Source: Marsupella aquatica
Taxonomy: Eukaryota; Plantae; Marchantiophyta
DNA length: 64,000 bases
NCBI GenBank assembly: GCA_973895155.1
Contig: OZ316894.1
Coordinates: forward strand, 12,812,828 to 12,876,827
Direction of reading: 5' to 3'
Shown here: positions 63,811 through 64,000 of the stretch, piece by piece
How positions within the stretch are numbered: position 1 is the stretch's first letter
Layout: each line of letters starts with the position of its first letter
Position numbers and translations under genes: made by a program
The notes under the pieces: generated by a model
What the model was told of the DNA's origin: nothing
Databases searched by the model: none
The model's input: the letters and a program-made list of their open reading frames with translations, nothing else

Positions 63811-64000
63811 CTACTGTTGATAAAGGGAACTACTAACATCAGACAAATTTAAGGTTGTGCTCTTTCCCTACACCATAGGCCAAACTTAAACCCAAATTTA
63901 GATCACCCACACCAAGAGGACAGCAATAGCTATAAGTGCTCAATTTGACGAAAAACAGAAATAATGTCGGTAGGATCGATGAAGGGCGGGCCCAAACCTT

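Overview
Nuclear DNA of a land plant (spliceosomal GT-AG introns, plant gene families; species not determinable). The first ~37 kb is mostly transposon-derived or intergenic. It holds a complete PIF/Harbinger element (2384-7095; perfect 30-bp TIRs, TCA target duplication, convergent Myb/trihelix and DDE transposase genes, both with nonsense codons), several MITE or foldback elements, a decayed ~440-codon ORF of unknown family (26251-27570), a CRE-like non-LTR fragment, and a complete Mutator-like element (31256-37057; ~83-bp TIRs, 9-bp TSD). The Mutator element carries a MuDRA-type transposase and a convergent spliced second gene with a BAH-like motif. The right part has four host genes: chloroplast ribosome recycling factor, thylakoid rubredoxin (RBD1/RubA-like), a THUMP-domain protein, and the 3' part of ARC3 (minus strand, running off the window end). 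Between them lie a decayed CRE-clade retrotransposon and a nest of Ty1/Copia pieces. The most unusual features are the MULE accessory gene and a scrambled Copia insertion (50209-52800) bounded by two inverted copies of the same LTR end with an intact 5-bp TSD. All calls come from manual reading, translation and motif recognition; no database searches were run.
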